From Eledone cirrhosa (lineage: Eukaryota), in assembly GCA_964016885.1 (NCBI GenBank), contig OZ024741.1:407960001-408024000 (forward strand): 64,000 bases of DNA. The letters are read 5' to 3'. Positions 48,185 to 61,088 of this stretch are shown here, piece after piece. The notes under the pieces were generated by a model. The model worked only from the letters and a program-made list of their open reading frames with translations. It was not told the DNA's origin and made no database searches. Numbering within the stretch: the stretch's first letter is position 1; each line of letters starts with the position of its first letter. The position numbers and the translations under genes are program-made.

Positions 48185-51100
48185 TATTATTACTTTTTTT
48201 TTTTTTTTCAAATTCAATGATGTTCCAGAACAATGTAAACGAGATAATTGCCAATTTGGGTTCTGGAACAAAAGAGATCATTGGCAATAAAGGCAGGGGC
48301 CCCAAGTTATCACAACCTGGGCCCGCCCGTCATCGTGCCATTGTAATAGAGCCAAACAGGGCATTTAGTCTTGGCTGCTGGAACGTACGGACGCTGCTTG
48401 ACAGGGATTCTTTGGAGCGTCCTAAACGAAGGACCGCTCTTGTTGCAAAGGAGCTTCGACGTTACGATCTTGACATCGTGGCTTTGTCTGAGACGAGGTT
48501 AGCTGGAGATGGTCATCTTACGGAATTTTGTGGAGAATATACATTCTTCTGGAAAGGAAGAGATGAAGGAACCAGAAGAGAGGCTGGGGTAGGATTTGCT
48601 GTTAAGACTGTACTGGTGAATAAATTAGAAGAATTCCCAGTAGGGATTAGTGAGCGTCTTATATCCATGAGAGTTCCGCTGGACAAGGGAAGATATGCTA
48701 CCCTGGTGAGTGTGTATGCTCCAACTATGAATTCTGTCGATGAAGAAAAACTGTCCTTTTACCATGCCTTGAAAGGTGTTCTAAGAAATATCCCTCAGGC
48801 AGACAAAGTCATCGTGCTTGGTGACTTTAATGCTAGAGTGGGTAGGGATTTTAACACATGGAATGTAATCGGAAGGCATGGGTGGGAAAGTGTAACAGCA
48901 AAGGTATGCTCTTGCTGCAGATGTGTGAGGAGCTGGATCTGTGTGTTACCAACACCATGTTCCAACAAAAGAACAAATTCAAGACCACATGGATGCATCC
49001 TGCATCTAAGGAATGGCATCTTTTGGACTACGTCCTAGTCAGGATGCGTGACAGACAGGATGTGCAGTGTGTTCGTGTTCTTCGTGGAGCTGAGTGCTGG
49101 ACGGACCACCGCCTGGTACGCGCAAAAGTGAATCTAATCACCAAACGTAAAATCCGGGCTCCTGATATTGCCCTGCCCAAAAGATTGAATGCTGCTCGTC
49201 TTAAGGATAAAAATGTGAAGAGGACATTGGAAGAAGAGATGCAGGCTGCAGATCTTGGTGAGGATTGGCCGACCCTTAAAAAGTCGGTTTATGATGTAGG
49301 CAGACATGTTCTGGGATTGGTGCAGAGAAAACATCAGGACTGGTTTGATGAGAATGATGTACATATAGAAGACTTGTTGGCTGATAAGAGGCGTGGTCTG
49401 TCACGCTACTTGACGGCAAAACCACAGGAGAGGAATACGTTGCATGAGGAGCTCAGGGATGTAAAATCACGTGTTAGGCGGAGTCTTTCTCAGATGAAGG
49501 ATCAGTGGTGGAGTGAGAAGGCTGGTGAGATACAAACTGCGTCTGATTGCAATAACACAAAGCTGTTGTACAGTCTCTTGCGTGAGGTTTATGGACCGTC
49601 TTCTTCTCTGGTGACACCGATTCGCAGCAAGGATGGCAAGGAACTTCTTCGTGACTCACAGGGAATTCTACGAAGGTGGCGAGAGCACTTTGATGATCTT
49701 TTGAATCAGCCGTCTGTCGTCAGTGAAGATTTCCTCAATCTCATTCCGGAAAGTCCTGTGAAAGTAGCTCTCGCAGAACCTCCGACGCTTGTGGAGGTTT
49801 CAGTGGCTATTTCGAAGCTGAACAGTGGAAGATCTCCAGGTATGGATGGCATACATGCTGAGCTCCTACAATATGGTGGTGAGAGACTCCTGCAACATCT
49901 TCACTCTCTGTTTGGAAGGATATGGGCTAATGAATCCGTGCCTGAGGACTGGAGAGATGCAGTAATGGTGGTCTTGTACAAGGGAAAGGGTAACAGGAAT
50001 GATTGTGGGAACTACAGAGGTATATCATTGCTTTCTGTCGTAGGGAAAGTTTTATGTAGGGTGCTTCTGGACCGTCTGCTGACACACATTGCAGATTGTG
50101 TCCTTCCTGAAAGTCAATCTGGTGTTCGTGCTGGACGCGGCACTACTGATATGATCTTCTCAGCTAGACAGCTCCAGGAGAAGTGCATTGAACAGGGCTT
50201 GGATCTGTATCAGGTTTTTGTCGATCTGACAAAGGCTTTAGATACTGTCAACAGAGATGAATATGGAAGGTTCTCCAGAAACTTGGTTGCCCTGATAAGT
50301 TCCTTGCTTTAGTTAGGTCTTTCCATGACGACATGAAGGCTTGGGTTAATGTCGGGGGTAACATGTCGGAGCCTATCTCAGTAAAAAATGGAGTGAAATG
50401 GGGGGATATTCCAGCACCGACCCTGTTTGCCATATACTTTGCAATGGTTTTCTGTATTGCATTCAGGAATTGTGAGCATGGTGTTTACATCCGATATCGA
50501 ACCTCAGGCAGCATATTTAACATCAAGCGCTTTGCTGCGAAGACAAAAGTATTTACATCAGTCATAAGAGACCTCTTGTATGCAGATGATTGCGATCTTG
50601 TAGCGCACACAGAGAGTGATATGCAGCACATTTTGAATGCATTTTCTGACGCTTGCACTGCCCTGGGTTTGACTGTCAGTCTCAAGAAAACCGTCGTCAT
50701 GTACCAACCTGCCCCTAGTAAGCAGTACACTGAACCAAACATCTATGTGTATGGCAAACGACTTGGAGTGGTTGATCAGTTTGTCTACCTGGGAAGCACT
50801 GTCAATCGATACGGCAACCTTGACAGTGAAATCTCACTTAGGATTAGGAAAGCAAGTGATGCTTTCGGAAAGCTAGAAAGGCGACTCTGGGGTTGGCGAG
50901 ACATATGCAGGAGGACAAAGGTAAAGGTGTACAGGGCATGTGTACTCTCTTGTCTTCTTTATGCCTGCGAGACCTGGGTCACATATCGACACCACCTTAA
51001 GCAATTGGAGCGTTTCCATCAGATGTGTCTCAGACGGATCCATGGCGTTCACTGGAGGGACCACATCAGTGATGTCGAGATTTTGGAAAGCTCTATGTGT

Positions 51101-51940
51101 GACAGTATAGAAGCTCTTGTGCTTAAGCAATGACTCCGTTGGAGTGGTCACCTTGCCAGGATGAAGGATTCTAGAATACCAAAACAACTCTTCTATGGAG
51201 AGTTGGTTAAAGGAAAACGACCGCCACATAAACCAAAAAAGAGGTATAAGGATTCCTTGAAAGCCTCTCTGAAAGACGCTAACATCTCTGCTGATACATG
51301 GGAAAATATTGCTGCTGATCGTAATAGATGGAGAAAGACTGTATATGAGAGAAAAGTTGCCTTTGAGGCATCTCGAATCGTACACGAGAAAGTAAAGCGG
51401 GACGTGAGGAAGGGCATTGCTGTTGCACTTCCAGACGGCGAGGGTCCTCCTATGGTTCTGACATGCAGCGTCTGTGCGAGACTCTGCCTAAGCAAAGCTG
51501 GACTCGAAAGTCATCTTCGCAGTCATAAAGTAAGACCAGTGGTTGACTACCAGGCTGCTGTTGGAGATGCTACTCATCATGCTTGCCAAACATGTGGTAG
51601 AGAATGTAAATCAGCAGGAGGGCTCAAGCGACATGCAAAAGTACACTTAAGTTCTTTTAAGTTTGTATTTGAAAGATGAATGAAAACTGGGAGAGGGCAC
51701 TTGCCCTGTTGGTCAGGGTCACTGTGGCTTTTAATGGGCTTTCTCCACGAATGTCCCTCGGAAGTCTCCCCTCTATTGGGGAATTTTTTCAGTGTTCTGT
51801 TATTACATCCTCTGTTTTTTGTTTTTTTTACACGCAGAAATGCCCTTTTGTACCGTCCTATATTGTCCTGTACTGTCCTTAATGTCTACTTTGTGTAAAC
51901 CCGTGTGGTTAATAAAGAAAGCATTATTATTATTATTATT
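47848..51940 (+). mobile_element. RTE-clade LINE, near full length
   Basis: Single APE-RT ORF; 3' AATAAA (51911) and (ATT)6 tail; candidate structured leader at 47848-47995 (link to this copy inferred); no TSD identified. Confidence 0.88.
48217..51679 (+). pseudogene. RTE APE endonuclease - reverse transcriptase - two C2H2 fingers, disrupted
   Basis: WNVRTLLD, ALSETR, LGDFNARVG, LDYVL, WTDH; NYRGISLLS, YADD; CSVC..H..H and CQTC..H..H. Single-base frameshifts near 48880 and 50260; in-frame TGA at 51131. Confidence 0.95.
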
Positions 51941-53395
51941 GTTTCATCATTCATTTTTCAAATACAAACTTAAAAGAACTAACACTGCTCTCTCAGAACT
52001 CATATGGTCCTTAAAAGACAAAAACATTAAATATAGCATCTTTTGGAAAAAGATTTCTTCTGCATCCTCATACTTGAACAGCTCTCTATCTAAAATCTGT
52101 AATCTCTGCCTAAATAAAAAATTTACCATTATCTCTAACCTAGAATCCATAATAAATAGACGCTCAGATTTGTTTTCTATCTGCCTGCATAAATTCCATA
52201 GAACTTTTCACAAAGTATACAGTTAATATTCAATTCTTTATCAATTTAGAATCTTTTCTCAAAGGCACATATACATACACCTCTTTAAAATATACCCATC
52301 TACCTTACTTTAAAGGGCATTATACACTCTATAATACTCGTTTACTCATTACCCTCATTCTATCTTCTCGTAAAACAATAACATTTGTTTTTGACATTTT
52401 GAATATTCATCCGCAATCATTATTATTTTTTCTCTCTATCATAAATCTTTTTAATCTCAATTTCATCCTTAATTTATTATTATTTTTTTCTCCCCATCAA
52501 CGAACTCATTATTAATACATATGAATTCAATATACAAACTTTAACTTCACATTATTTTTCTCAAATCCTTCTACACATAAACCTTAACATTTCTCTCTTT
52601 GCTAATTTTGAAATTGCCACAATACATACATTTCTTCTTTTGACGTTAGAATATTCACCCACAATTATTATTTTTTTCTCTCTATCTTCATACATAATTT
52701 CCCTTCGTTAATTTTTAAATTCCTTTAATTTATACATTATCTTCCAACGGTTCCCAACCTCTCTATATTAAAACAATATATCTTTTTCTCAGTTATAAAA
52801 ACTATCTCTTTCTCTCTATCACCCATCTCTTCCTCTCCACCTTCACTCTCATCTCCTCCCCCTTTTTTTCATCCTTTCCACCCCCCTCCCTAAATAAAAT
52901 ATTTTTTCCTCGCACATATCCCCCCTTCGTTAATTTTCAAAATTTTTAATTTATACAGTATCTTCCAACGGTTTTCAACCCCTCTATATATAAAAATATA
53001 TCTCCTCTCAGTTATAAAAACTATCTCTTTCTCTCTATCACCCATCTCTCCCTCTCATCTCCTTCCCTTCTCATCCTTTCCCCCCCCCTCTCTAAATAAA
53101 ATATTTTTCCCAATATCACACATCAATCTAAAACCACTTTTCATATGTTGATTTAAAACTGCACTATCAACAAGTGTTTTTTAGCCTTCATATCATGTTC
53201 TCCTGTTTTATCTGATGAAAACACAAATATTATTGCTTGATGATGTTTGTTTTTGAAATGCGCATAATAAAATATATGGAACTCCTTTAACCATCTTTTG
53301 ATCTTATATTATGCATACTCCAGTCCCACAAACTGTAGAGTGCTTCTTATCCGATATCTGCATTGCTTTATTGTACTACAATAAAACTCACCTCC

Positions 53396-53398
<3 letters not shown>
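51941..53398 (+). mobile_element. Penelope-like element 3' fragment (GIY-YIG C-terminus, long 3' UTR, pLTR)
   Basis: HHSF..K..NTALSELIWSLK..IFWKKI..Y..CNLCL..K..I..INRRSDLFSICLH motif; about 222-bp tandem duplication at 52700-53110; hammerhead at 53206. Confidence 0.75.
53206..53272 (+). ncRNA. Type I hammerhead ribozyme
   Basis: Stem I TTTTAT/ATAAAA; CTGATGA at 53212; A/T-rich stem II; GAAA at 53255; palindromic stem III ATGCGCAT followed by A. Confidence 0.7.
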
Positions 53399-54118
<720 letters not shown>

Positions 54119-54485
54119 TAATAAGAGGAATTCCAACTTTGTCTGATTTACTCGTTTTATTTACAATCCGTTAAAATATATAATGGTATTATAATGAAAT
54201 AGTATGATAGAATATTAAATTCTAAGTGTTAATTGAACATAATGAAATAGCAAAACAATTGATGCGTTGGATATGACTATTGGTCGTTAGCATGCTCAAC
54301 CAGCCGTGACGCTTAAACCAATCAGCTTTAGTAATTCAGTGAAACTACACACTGATTGGTCGAAATACAGTTTACAGGGCTTAGCATCTGGAGCCACTTT
54401 TCTCTGTATAAAATGTATAAAAGGTAGGAAATTTACCCATCTCATTACAGTTGAAAATTGCAAACTCGGCTGTCGCCACATATTA

Positions 54486-54524
54486 TGAACCTGAAGATTG
54501 CGATAGCATGAAAGTACTTGTTCA
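54486..54524 (+). ncRNA. Minimal type I hammerhead ribozyme in left pLTR
   Basis: TGAAC/GTTCA stem I; CTGAAGA at 54491; TGC-GATA-GCA stem II; GAAA at 54510; palindromic AGTACT then T; predicted cleavage after 54519. Confidence 0.8.
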
Positions 54525-54774
54525 ATTAACACTTAGAATTTAATATTCTATCATACTATTTCATTATGTTCAATTAACACTTAGAATTTAATATTCTATC
54601 ATACTATTTCATTATAATACCATTATATATTTTAAAGGATTGTAAATAAAACGAGTAAATCAGACAAAGTTGGAATTCCTCTTATTAATATAATCTTCTA
54701 TACACAATCATACACACCCGTGTATATTTACCTATCTATATCTATATATATATTCCTATTGTGTATATGCCAAC

Positions 54775-56114
54775 ATGTCTGGAAAGCAACAAATGAAACC
54801 AACAGAATCAGAAAGAATTCTAAAGGAAATATCATCGAAATTATCAACACTTATCACGATGATGGACACACAATCCTCTATTTTAAAGGAAATAGAAAAA
54901 CAATCCACAGACGGAAAACTTATAACTGAACATATAAACTCTGAAATTAAGAATTTAGCTGAAATTATACCAACAGTTATCAAAGATGCAAGAGAAAGCC
55001 TACCACAACCCCCTTGGATGTCAGAAATAAACGAAAGAAATTTGGAAAACAAAACACATCGAATAAGAAAAGAAATGTGGAAGACATGGAAAAAATTCCT
55101 TAACATAAGAAAACAAAATTTCTGGAAAGCATACAGATGCGAAAAATATGTCGAAACACATTCGAAATGGCTCTCTCTAACGGCACCCATACTCCCTCGT
55201 AAATACCTAATTACAGAAATTGCAGGAGAACCAGAAGAAGAAACAAAACTCCGATGGGAACTTACATTGACAAAATTCAGGACCGACATCTCCATTTCTG
55301 AATGTAAACAATCCCGCTACAAAGCCAAATATGAAGCTATTGATGACCAAATTGAAGTTGAAATTTCAAAGCTAACGACTGGTATTATAGCTGAAAAACT
55401 ACGAGAACTATGGATCAGAGATATCTCAAAAGAAGAAAACAAATCAAGAAAGGTATGGCAGCAGAAACAATTATTTCTCGATGAATATGCTGCAAATTAC
55501 GGTAAAGACTCTGGAACCCTGAGAAAAAGCATTAAAAGTGGACAATCTCATCAACACAACATACGCCAGAACACGTGCCAACACAAACACTTGAATCAAA
55601 GAAGAACTACGGTAATAACTCTTCGCTTTTTCTACAAAAACACCCTATCGCACACAACATGAACAAAAAGCACAAACACGATAGGTATTCCTTTGACCAG
55701 ACCATGAGAAGTAGTAAAACCAGGAGATCATTCTCAAGATCTCAACAGAGACTACCAACAAGGAATGTGGAAACAAAACGTAGAATAACCAGATCACTCT
55801 CAAGATCTCAACAGAGATTGCCCACAAGAAACTGGACGAAAAAACGATCTAAACCTGAAAGCAAACCTAGGTCATTTTCCCAGATTGTTAAAAATAATGC
55901 TAACAGGAAGAAAAATAATATACAGAATACCAAAAATAGGACAAGATACATAACGAAACCAAATATAATATCACGACCAAAAGTTCATCAAGCGAACACC
56001 AACAGGAATATAAATCCTGAACAGACAAAAATCCATTTTTTAACATCAGGACAACAAAAACCGGAAAAAGAAAAACTCCAGGAGGAAACATACCCAAAAC
56101 AGCTGTACACGTAG
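54775..56114 (+). CDS. PLE upstream ORF (helical N-terminal half, basic Arg/Ser/Lys-rich C-terminal half), split by one frameshift near 55600
   Basis: Overlapping ORFs 54775-55662 and 55575-56114 directly after the left pLTR; ATG at 54775; repeated SRSQQRLPTRN; no recognisable domain. Confidence 0.65.
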
Positions 56115-58348
56115 ATCCTAAAATAATTAATTTATTTAAAAGAGATCTTGACAATGATGAAATGCAAATTCTGTCAAAAGGACTGAAATTCACACCGACT
56201 CCAACAGTCAACCACCAAGAACTGAAGGAGGATACCCAAGAATTCTGTCGAAAATTACGTCTTGTAGAATTCTTCGCTGATAGAAATAATGAGAGTGATG
56301 AATCACTAGTAAAGAATAAATCAAATTTCACTCCGCCAAAAGGAAGAAATATCTATCTCGACCAATACATTGACATCCTGTCTAAATTTCCTCTTAGACA
56401 TAATACTAATGTTAGGCCAAACATTAACAAATCAGAAATGTCTGCACTTAAACGTATACAAAATGATAAAACAATAATAATTAAACAAGCAGATAAAGGG
56501 GGTGCAGTTGTTATAATGGATACTGAATACTACAAGGATTTGGTTGAGGAACAACTGAAAGACACAACATTCTATCATGAAATACCGTCAAATATAGACC
56601 ACAATATCATGAAGAAGATCAACAACCTGGCTTCAAAATACCACAACTCATTTACTGATAAGGAAAGAGACTACATCACCAATTTTGAGCCGAAACCCAG
56701 CAACCTGTATGGCCTACCGAAAGTTCATAAGTCAAAAGAAATACAACTGGCAGTAAGAGAACAAAACAGTGAGTACATTAAATTATTACACCCAAAAGAC
56801 TTAAAACTTAGACCTATTATAGCTGGTCCAACATGCCCCACCCACCGTCTAAGCAATTTTGTTGACATTATTTTGAAACCACTATGTATTCACATACCCA
56901 GTTTCATCCGGGATGATATCGACTTCCTGTCCCATCTTCCCAAAACCACGGAAACGAATTCACTTCTACTCAGTTTTGATGTGGTAAGCCTTTACACCAA
57001 CATTACACATGATTTAGGAATAAAGGCGGTTAAATACTGGGTGGAAAAACATAGAGAAGTGATTCCCATTAGATTCACAGCGCCATTTATATTAGACGCA
57101 GTTAAACTTATTCTGGAAAACAACACTTTCTTCTTCAATGGAAAGAATTACATCCAAATTAGAGGCACAGCGATGGGAACGAAGTTTGCTCCCGTTTACG
57201 CGAACTCTGTAATGGGATACTTAGAACAACAACTCTACCAAGAAATAGAGGAAAAATATAGTACTGACTTTAGAAAGTACATTGAAAAATCTTGGAAGAG
57301 ATACCTTGACGACTGTTTCATCATCTGGACAGAATCTCTAGATACTCTGGATGAGTTCAATATCCTCCTGAATAACCTACACCCATCTCTCCAATTCACA
57401 AAAGAGATGAGTAGGACCAAATTACCATTCCTAGATATAATGATAATCAAAAACGACACCACCATTACCACGGATATATATTATAAACACACAGACACCC
57501 ATCAATATCTGAATTTTAAGTCGTGCCATCCACCTCATACAAAACGCAACATCCCATACTGCCTAGCCAGAAGAATTTGTACCATTGTAGAAGATACGAA
57601 TACCAGGTACAAACGCCTAACAGAACTAAAAGAATTTTTGCTCAAACAAAAATACCCATCTCTACTTATAGAAAATGGCATACAGCGGGCTATAAAAATA
57701 CCTATACAACAACTTAGAACAACCCAAGGAAGAAGAAACCAAGAACTGGTCATACCATTTATAATGACACACAACCCATGTCACCAGAATATCTTCAACA
57801 CTGCCAAAGCAAACCTACCGATCATTGCTCAAAGTAATGAATTAAAAGGCTTAATCACAGATCGATCTTTGACTCTTAGTAAAAGACAGCCAAAAAATTT
57901 GAAGCAATTACTAACAAAAGCAAAGTTTGACCTTAACAACAAAGTCCAATCATTCACTGTATCTAAATGCAATGATAGTCGATACGGTACATGTCAATCC
58001 ATACACGCCGGTCAATATATGAAAACAAAAACTGGAAAAATATTCCCAAATGCAAATATGAACTGCAAAAGCAGAAATCTAATTTACTACATTAAATGCC
58101 CGAATTGTGAAGAACTATATGTCAGTCAAACTGGAAATGCACTATCGGAACGTGCACGGGTACACCGTCAACAAATCAGAGACCCAAATGTCCGTCAGAT
58201 ACCCCTAAGCGGCCACCTGGCAACATGTGGTCAGGGAATATTTATAATATTCCCATTCTACAAATTACACAGCCCAAGTGAAATCAAGAGAAAAATCAAA
58301 GAAAAGAATTTTATTGATAAATTCAAACCCAAGCTAAATGAACAATAA
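56021..58348 (+). CDS. PLE reverse transcriptase plus GIY-YIG endonuclease
   Basis: Frame open from 56021. Motifs KIINL..ILSKGLKF (conserved region begins before ATG 56162), KQADKGG, YGLPKVHK, LRPII, SFDVVSLYTNI, GTAMG, RYLDD, LPFLD, NLIYYIKCPNCEELYVSQTG. Some apparent decay (YVG>YVS). Confidence 0.95.
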   Translation, partial: TDKNPFFNIRTTKTGKRKTPGGNIPKTAVHVDPKIINLFKRDLDNDEMQILSKGLKFTPTPTVNHQELKEDTQEFCRKLRLVEFFADRNNESDESLVKNKSNFTPPKGRNIYLDQYIDILSKFPLRHNTNVRPNINKSEMSALKRIQNDKTIIIKQADKGGAVVIMDTEYYKDLVEEQLKDTTFYHEIPSNIDHNIMKKINNLASKYHNSFTDKERDYITNFEPKPSNLYGLPKVHKSKEIQLAVREQNSEYIKLLHPKDLKLRPIIAGPTCPTHRLSNFVDIILKPLCIHIPSFIRDDIDFLSHLPKTTETNSLLLSFDVVSLYTNITHDLGIKAVKYWVEKHREVIPIRFTAPFILDAVKLILENNTFFFNGKNYIQIRGTAMGTKFAPVYANSVMGYLEQQLYQEIEEKYSTDFRKYIEKSWKRYLDDCFIIWTESLDTLDEFNILLNNLHPSLQFTKEMSRTKLPFLDIMIIKNDTTITTDIYYKHTDTHQYLNFKSCHPPHTKRNIPYCLARRICTIVEDTNTRYKRLTELKEFLLKQKYPSLLIENGIQRAIKIPIQQLRTTQGRRNQELVIPFIMTHNPCHQNIFNTAKANLPIIAQSNELKGLITDRSLTLSKRQPKNLKQLLTKAKFDLNNKVQSFTVSKCNDSRYGTCQSIHAGQYMKTKTGKIFPNANMNCKSRNLIYYIKCPNCEELYVSQTGNALSERARVHRQQIRDPNVRQIPLSGHLATCGQGIFIIFPFYKLHSPSEIKRKIKEKNFIDKFKPKLNEQ

Positions 58349-58722
58349 TAACGCCTAGGGGTATTACTTCTACTACCACTATGACCACGACCACTAACAA
58401 CAACAACAACAACAATAATAATAATAAAAGTGATGTTGATGGTGATGATTAATAGAAAATGCTATTTTCATCATTTCTAAAAGTAGCAAAACAATTGATG
58501 CGTTGGATATGACTATTGGTCGTTAGCATGCTCAACCAGCCGTGACGCTTAAACCAATCAGCTTTAGTAATTCAGTGAAACTACACACTGATTGGTCGAA
58601 ATACAGTTTACAGGGCTTAGCATTCTGGAGCCACTTTTCTCTGTATAAAATGTATAAAAGGTAGGAAATTTACCCATCTCATTACAGTTGAAAATTGCAA
58701 ACTCGACTGTCACCACATATTA

Positions 58723-58761
58723 TGAACCTGAAGATTGCGAAAGCATGAAAGTACTTGTTCA
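58723..58761 (+). ncRNA. Minimal type I hammerhead ribozyme in right pLTR
   Basis: Same fold as the 54486 copy, with a GAAA tetraloop on stem II (TGC-GAAA-GCA). Confidence 0.8.
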
Positions 58762-58919
58762 ATTAACACTTAGAATTTAATATTCTATCATACTATTTCA
58801 TTATAATACCATTATATATTTTAAAGGATTGTAAATAAAATGAGTAAATCAGACAAAGTTGGAATTCCTCTTATTAATATAATCTTCTATACACAATCAT
58901 ACACACCCGTGTATATTTA

Positions 58920-58986
<67 letters not shown>

Positions 58987-59273
58987 AAGATGCGAAGGCA
59001 GGGAAAGGGCAGGCGATTCAAGAACACCTTGTCCGTTTCCTTGCCGTTTCTGTTTGGATTGTCTTGGGAAGGTAACCTTATTATATAAGAAGCTCTCTGA
59101 TGATGTCACGACACTGGATACACAGAATCGTGTGGCCACTACCGTCATTGAAATATGTATCACAGCATTACCAATAAAGGACTTTAACATCTGAATCTAC
59201 TTCGCATTTTCTCATTCTATGTGGAAAAAATGCATCGAGTGATTGATTTCAATTGCGTCAATGTTTACCGAAA

Positions 59274-59325
<52 letters not shown>

Positions 59326-59974
59326 GCCGTGGGGGTCGATTAAATTGATTGTTCCCTTCAGTCTGACAAAATACATTTATAACATTATGCTAATATTATA
59401 AACCGACAATCGATATATTTTTCTCAATGAAAATATTGTCGATAAAGAAGCACACAGCTGCTGCAGACCGAAATTATTGAAGGTACGTAGGTCCACGTTG
59501 CAATATTTTGTATGTCGTCTGGTGCATGTTATTAGAAGCTTTGTTCATCTGACGACAGCAGCCTTTATTGACATACGAGCTACATTTATATTACCTCACC
59601 GTAACTCCCCATATCTCCAATATTTTCACAGCATGACACCTCGTGTAACGATAGCTACTATGTAATAAAAATAAAAGATTTAAGTTTTAAAATATATATT
59701 GCACGATAGCTAAAATCAATAAAATATAACTTGAAGAAAAGTATAAGTTACACAGTATAGCTACACAGTTAGATCGTTATATCAGTAATAAACTAGTGAT
59801 AATTTTTTCATATATATATATATATATAAACAATATAAAGAAATAGACAGACACATGCGAATACATACATATACATGAATATACCCACATATATCCCTGA
59901 ATGTGTTGTTGCTCTATGAATAATCGAGATAAAATAATCCGAATGGATTAGATTGATTCAATATCAGAGCTATA

Positions 59975-60389
59975 TAATACATTATAAAGAAAGAAGAAAC
60001 ATTAGATATAATTAATAAGATATACCATACCTAAATTTCATCATTATCCTCGACTACGTAGTTTCGGCCTTGACATAAATACCCCTCCGCCTGTTGTGGT
60101 ATTTTTTATTGGTTGTAAGAGGCTTACCTCTGTTTCTTGACCACTGTATCACGTGATTGACTCCCCCTCCGCCTTTCGGGAGTCTATCTTGCGCCCTACG
60201 GACGTGTTTTGAAACTCTACATGAGGTATCCTCTTGATAAGTCGGCAAACGTCACAAAAATACTGCATCTCTGTGATGTAGTGTTTTTGCATAATAAGCC
60301 ACGAAACTACGTAGTCGAGGAGTCATGAAGGAATTTAGGTATGGTATATCTTATTAATTATATCTAATGGTTCTTCTTTTTTTATAATG

Positions 60390-60394
<5 letters not shown>
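59975..60394. mobile_element. Element with about 90-bp inverted arms (inverted PLE pLTR remnant or MITE)
   Basis: 59975-60066 and 60302-60394 are imperfect reverse complements; each arm contains GAAACTACGTAGTCGAGGA. Confidence 0.7.
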
Positions 60395-60468
<74 letters not shown>

Positions 60469-60551
60469 CGTATATACATATATGAAAAAATTCGGGACCC
60501 CGACGGCTGAGCTCCTGCCGTTTCAACAGCTAGATCCGATACATATGCGCG

Positions 60552-60587
<36 letters not shown>

Positions 60588-60621
60588 CGTGCGCGCACAC
60601 ACACACACGCATACAAACATG

Positions 60622-61034
60622 CGCCGAAAAGAAGTAATTGACATAGTCACTACTTTAAAACCGATAGCGTATGGTCTTCTAAATGTTTTTAATTAAACAT
60701 ACAGTATATTGCCATATACTATACATACATTCATGTATACATCGCTTTTTCAGAGCACCAATCCTAATACATAATTTTTGCTGGACCCGCAATCGCTCTG
60801 TATAATCAGCTCCTGATTATTACTGGAATTCTATAAGAATATCCAGCTTCTATAATTTTCGGCGAAGGCAGGGGAGTACGTGGAAGTAACGCCAACCAGT
60901 GTGAAACAGACTGTCAGCTTCTCTCCCTTCTTTCGCCGAAAATAAGTAAGTGACATAGTCACTACTTTAAAACTGATAGCGTTTGGTCTTCTAAATGTTT
61001 TTAATCAAATGTACGGTATATTGCCAAATATACT

Positions 61035-61045
<11 letters not shown>
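60622..61045. repeat. About 105-bp direct repeats flanking a hairpin-containing spacer
   Basis: CGCCGAAAA..TGACATAGTCACTACTTTAAAA..TACTATACATACAT at about 60622-60731 and 60934-61045. Confidence 0.8.

Positions 61046-61088
<43 letters not shown>

Noticed and set aside
51131-51133. TGA in the RTE ORF as selenocysteine or readthrough
   Set aside because: Context (KQ*LRWSGH) fits a CGA>TGA decay mutation in a copy that also has frameshifts; no SECIS recognised.
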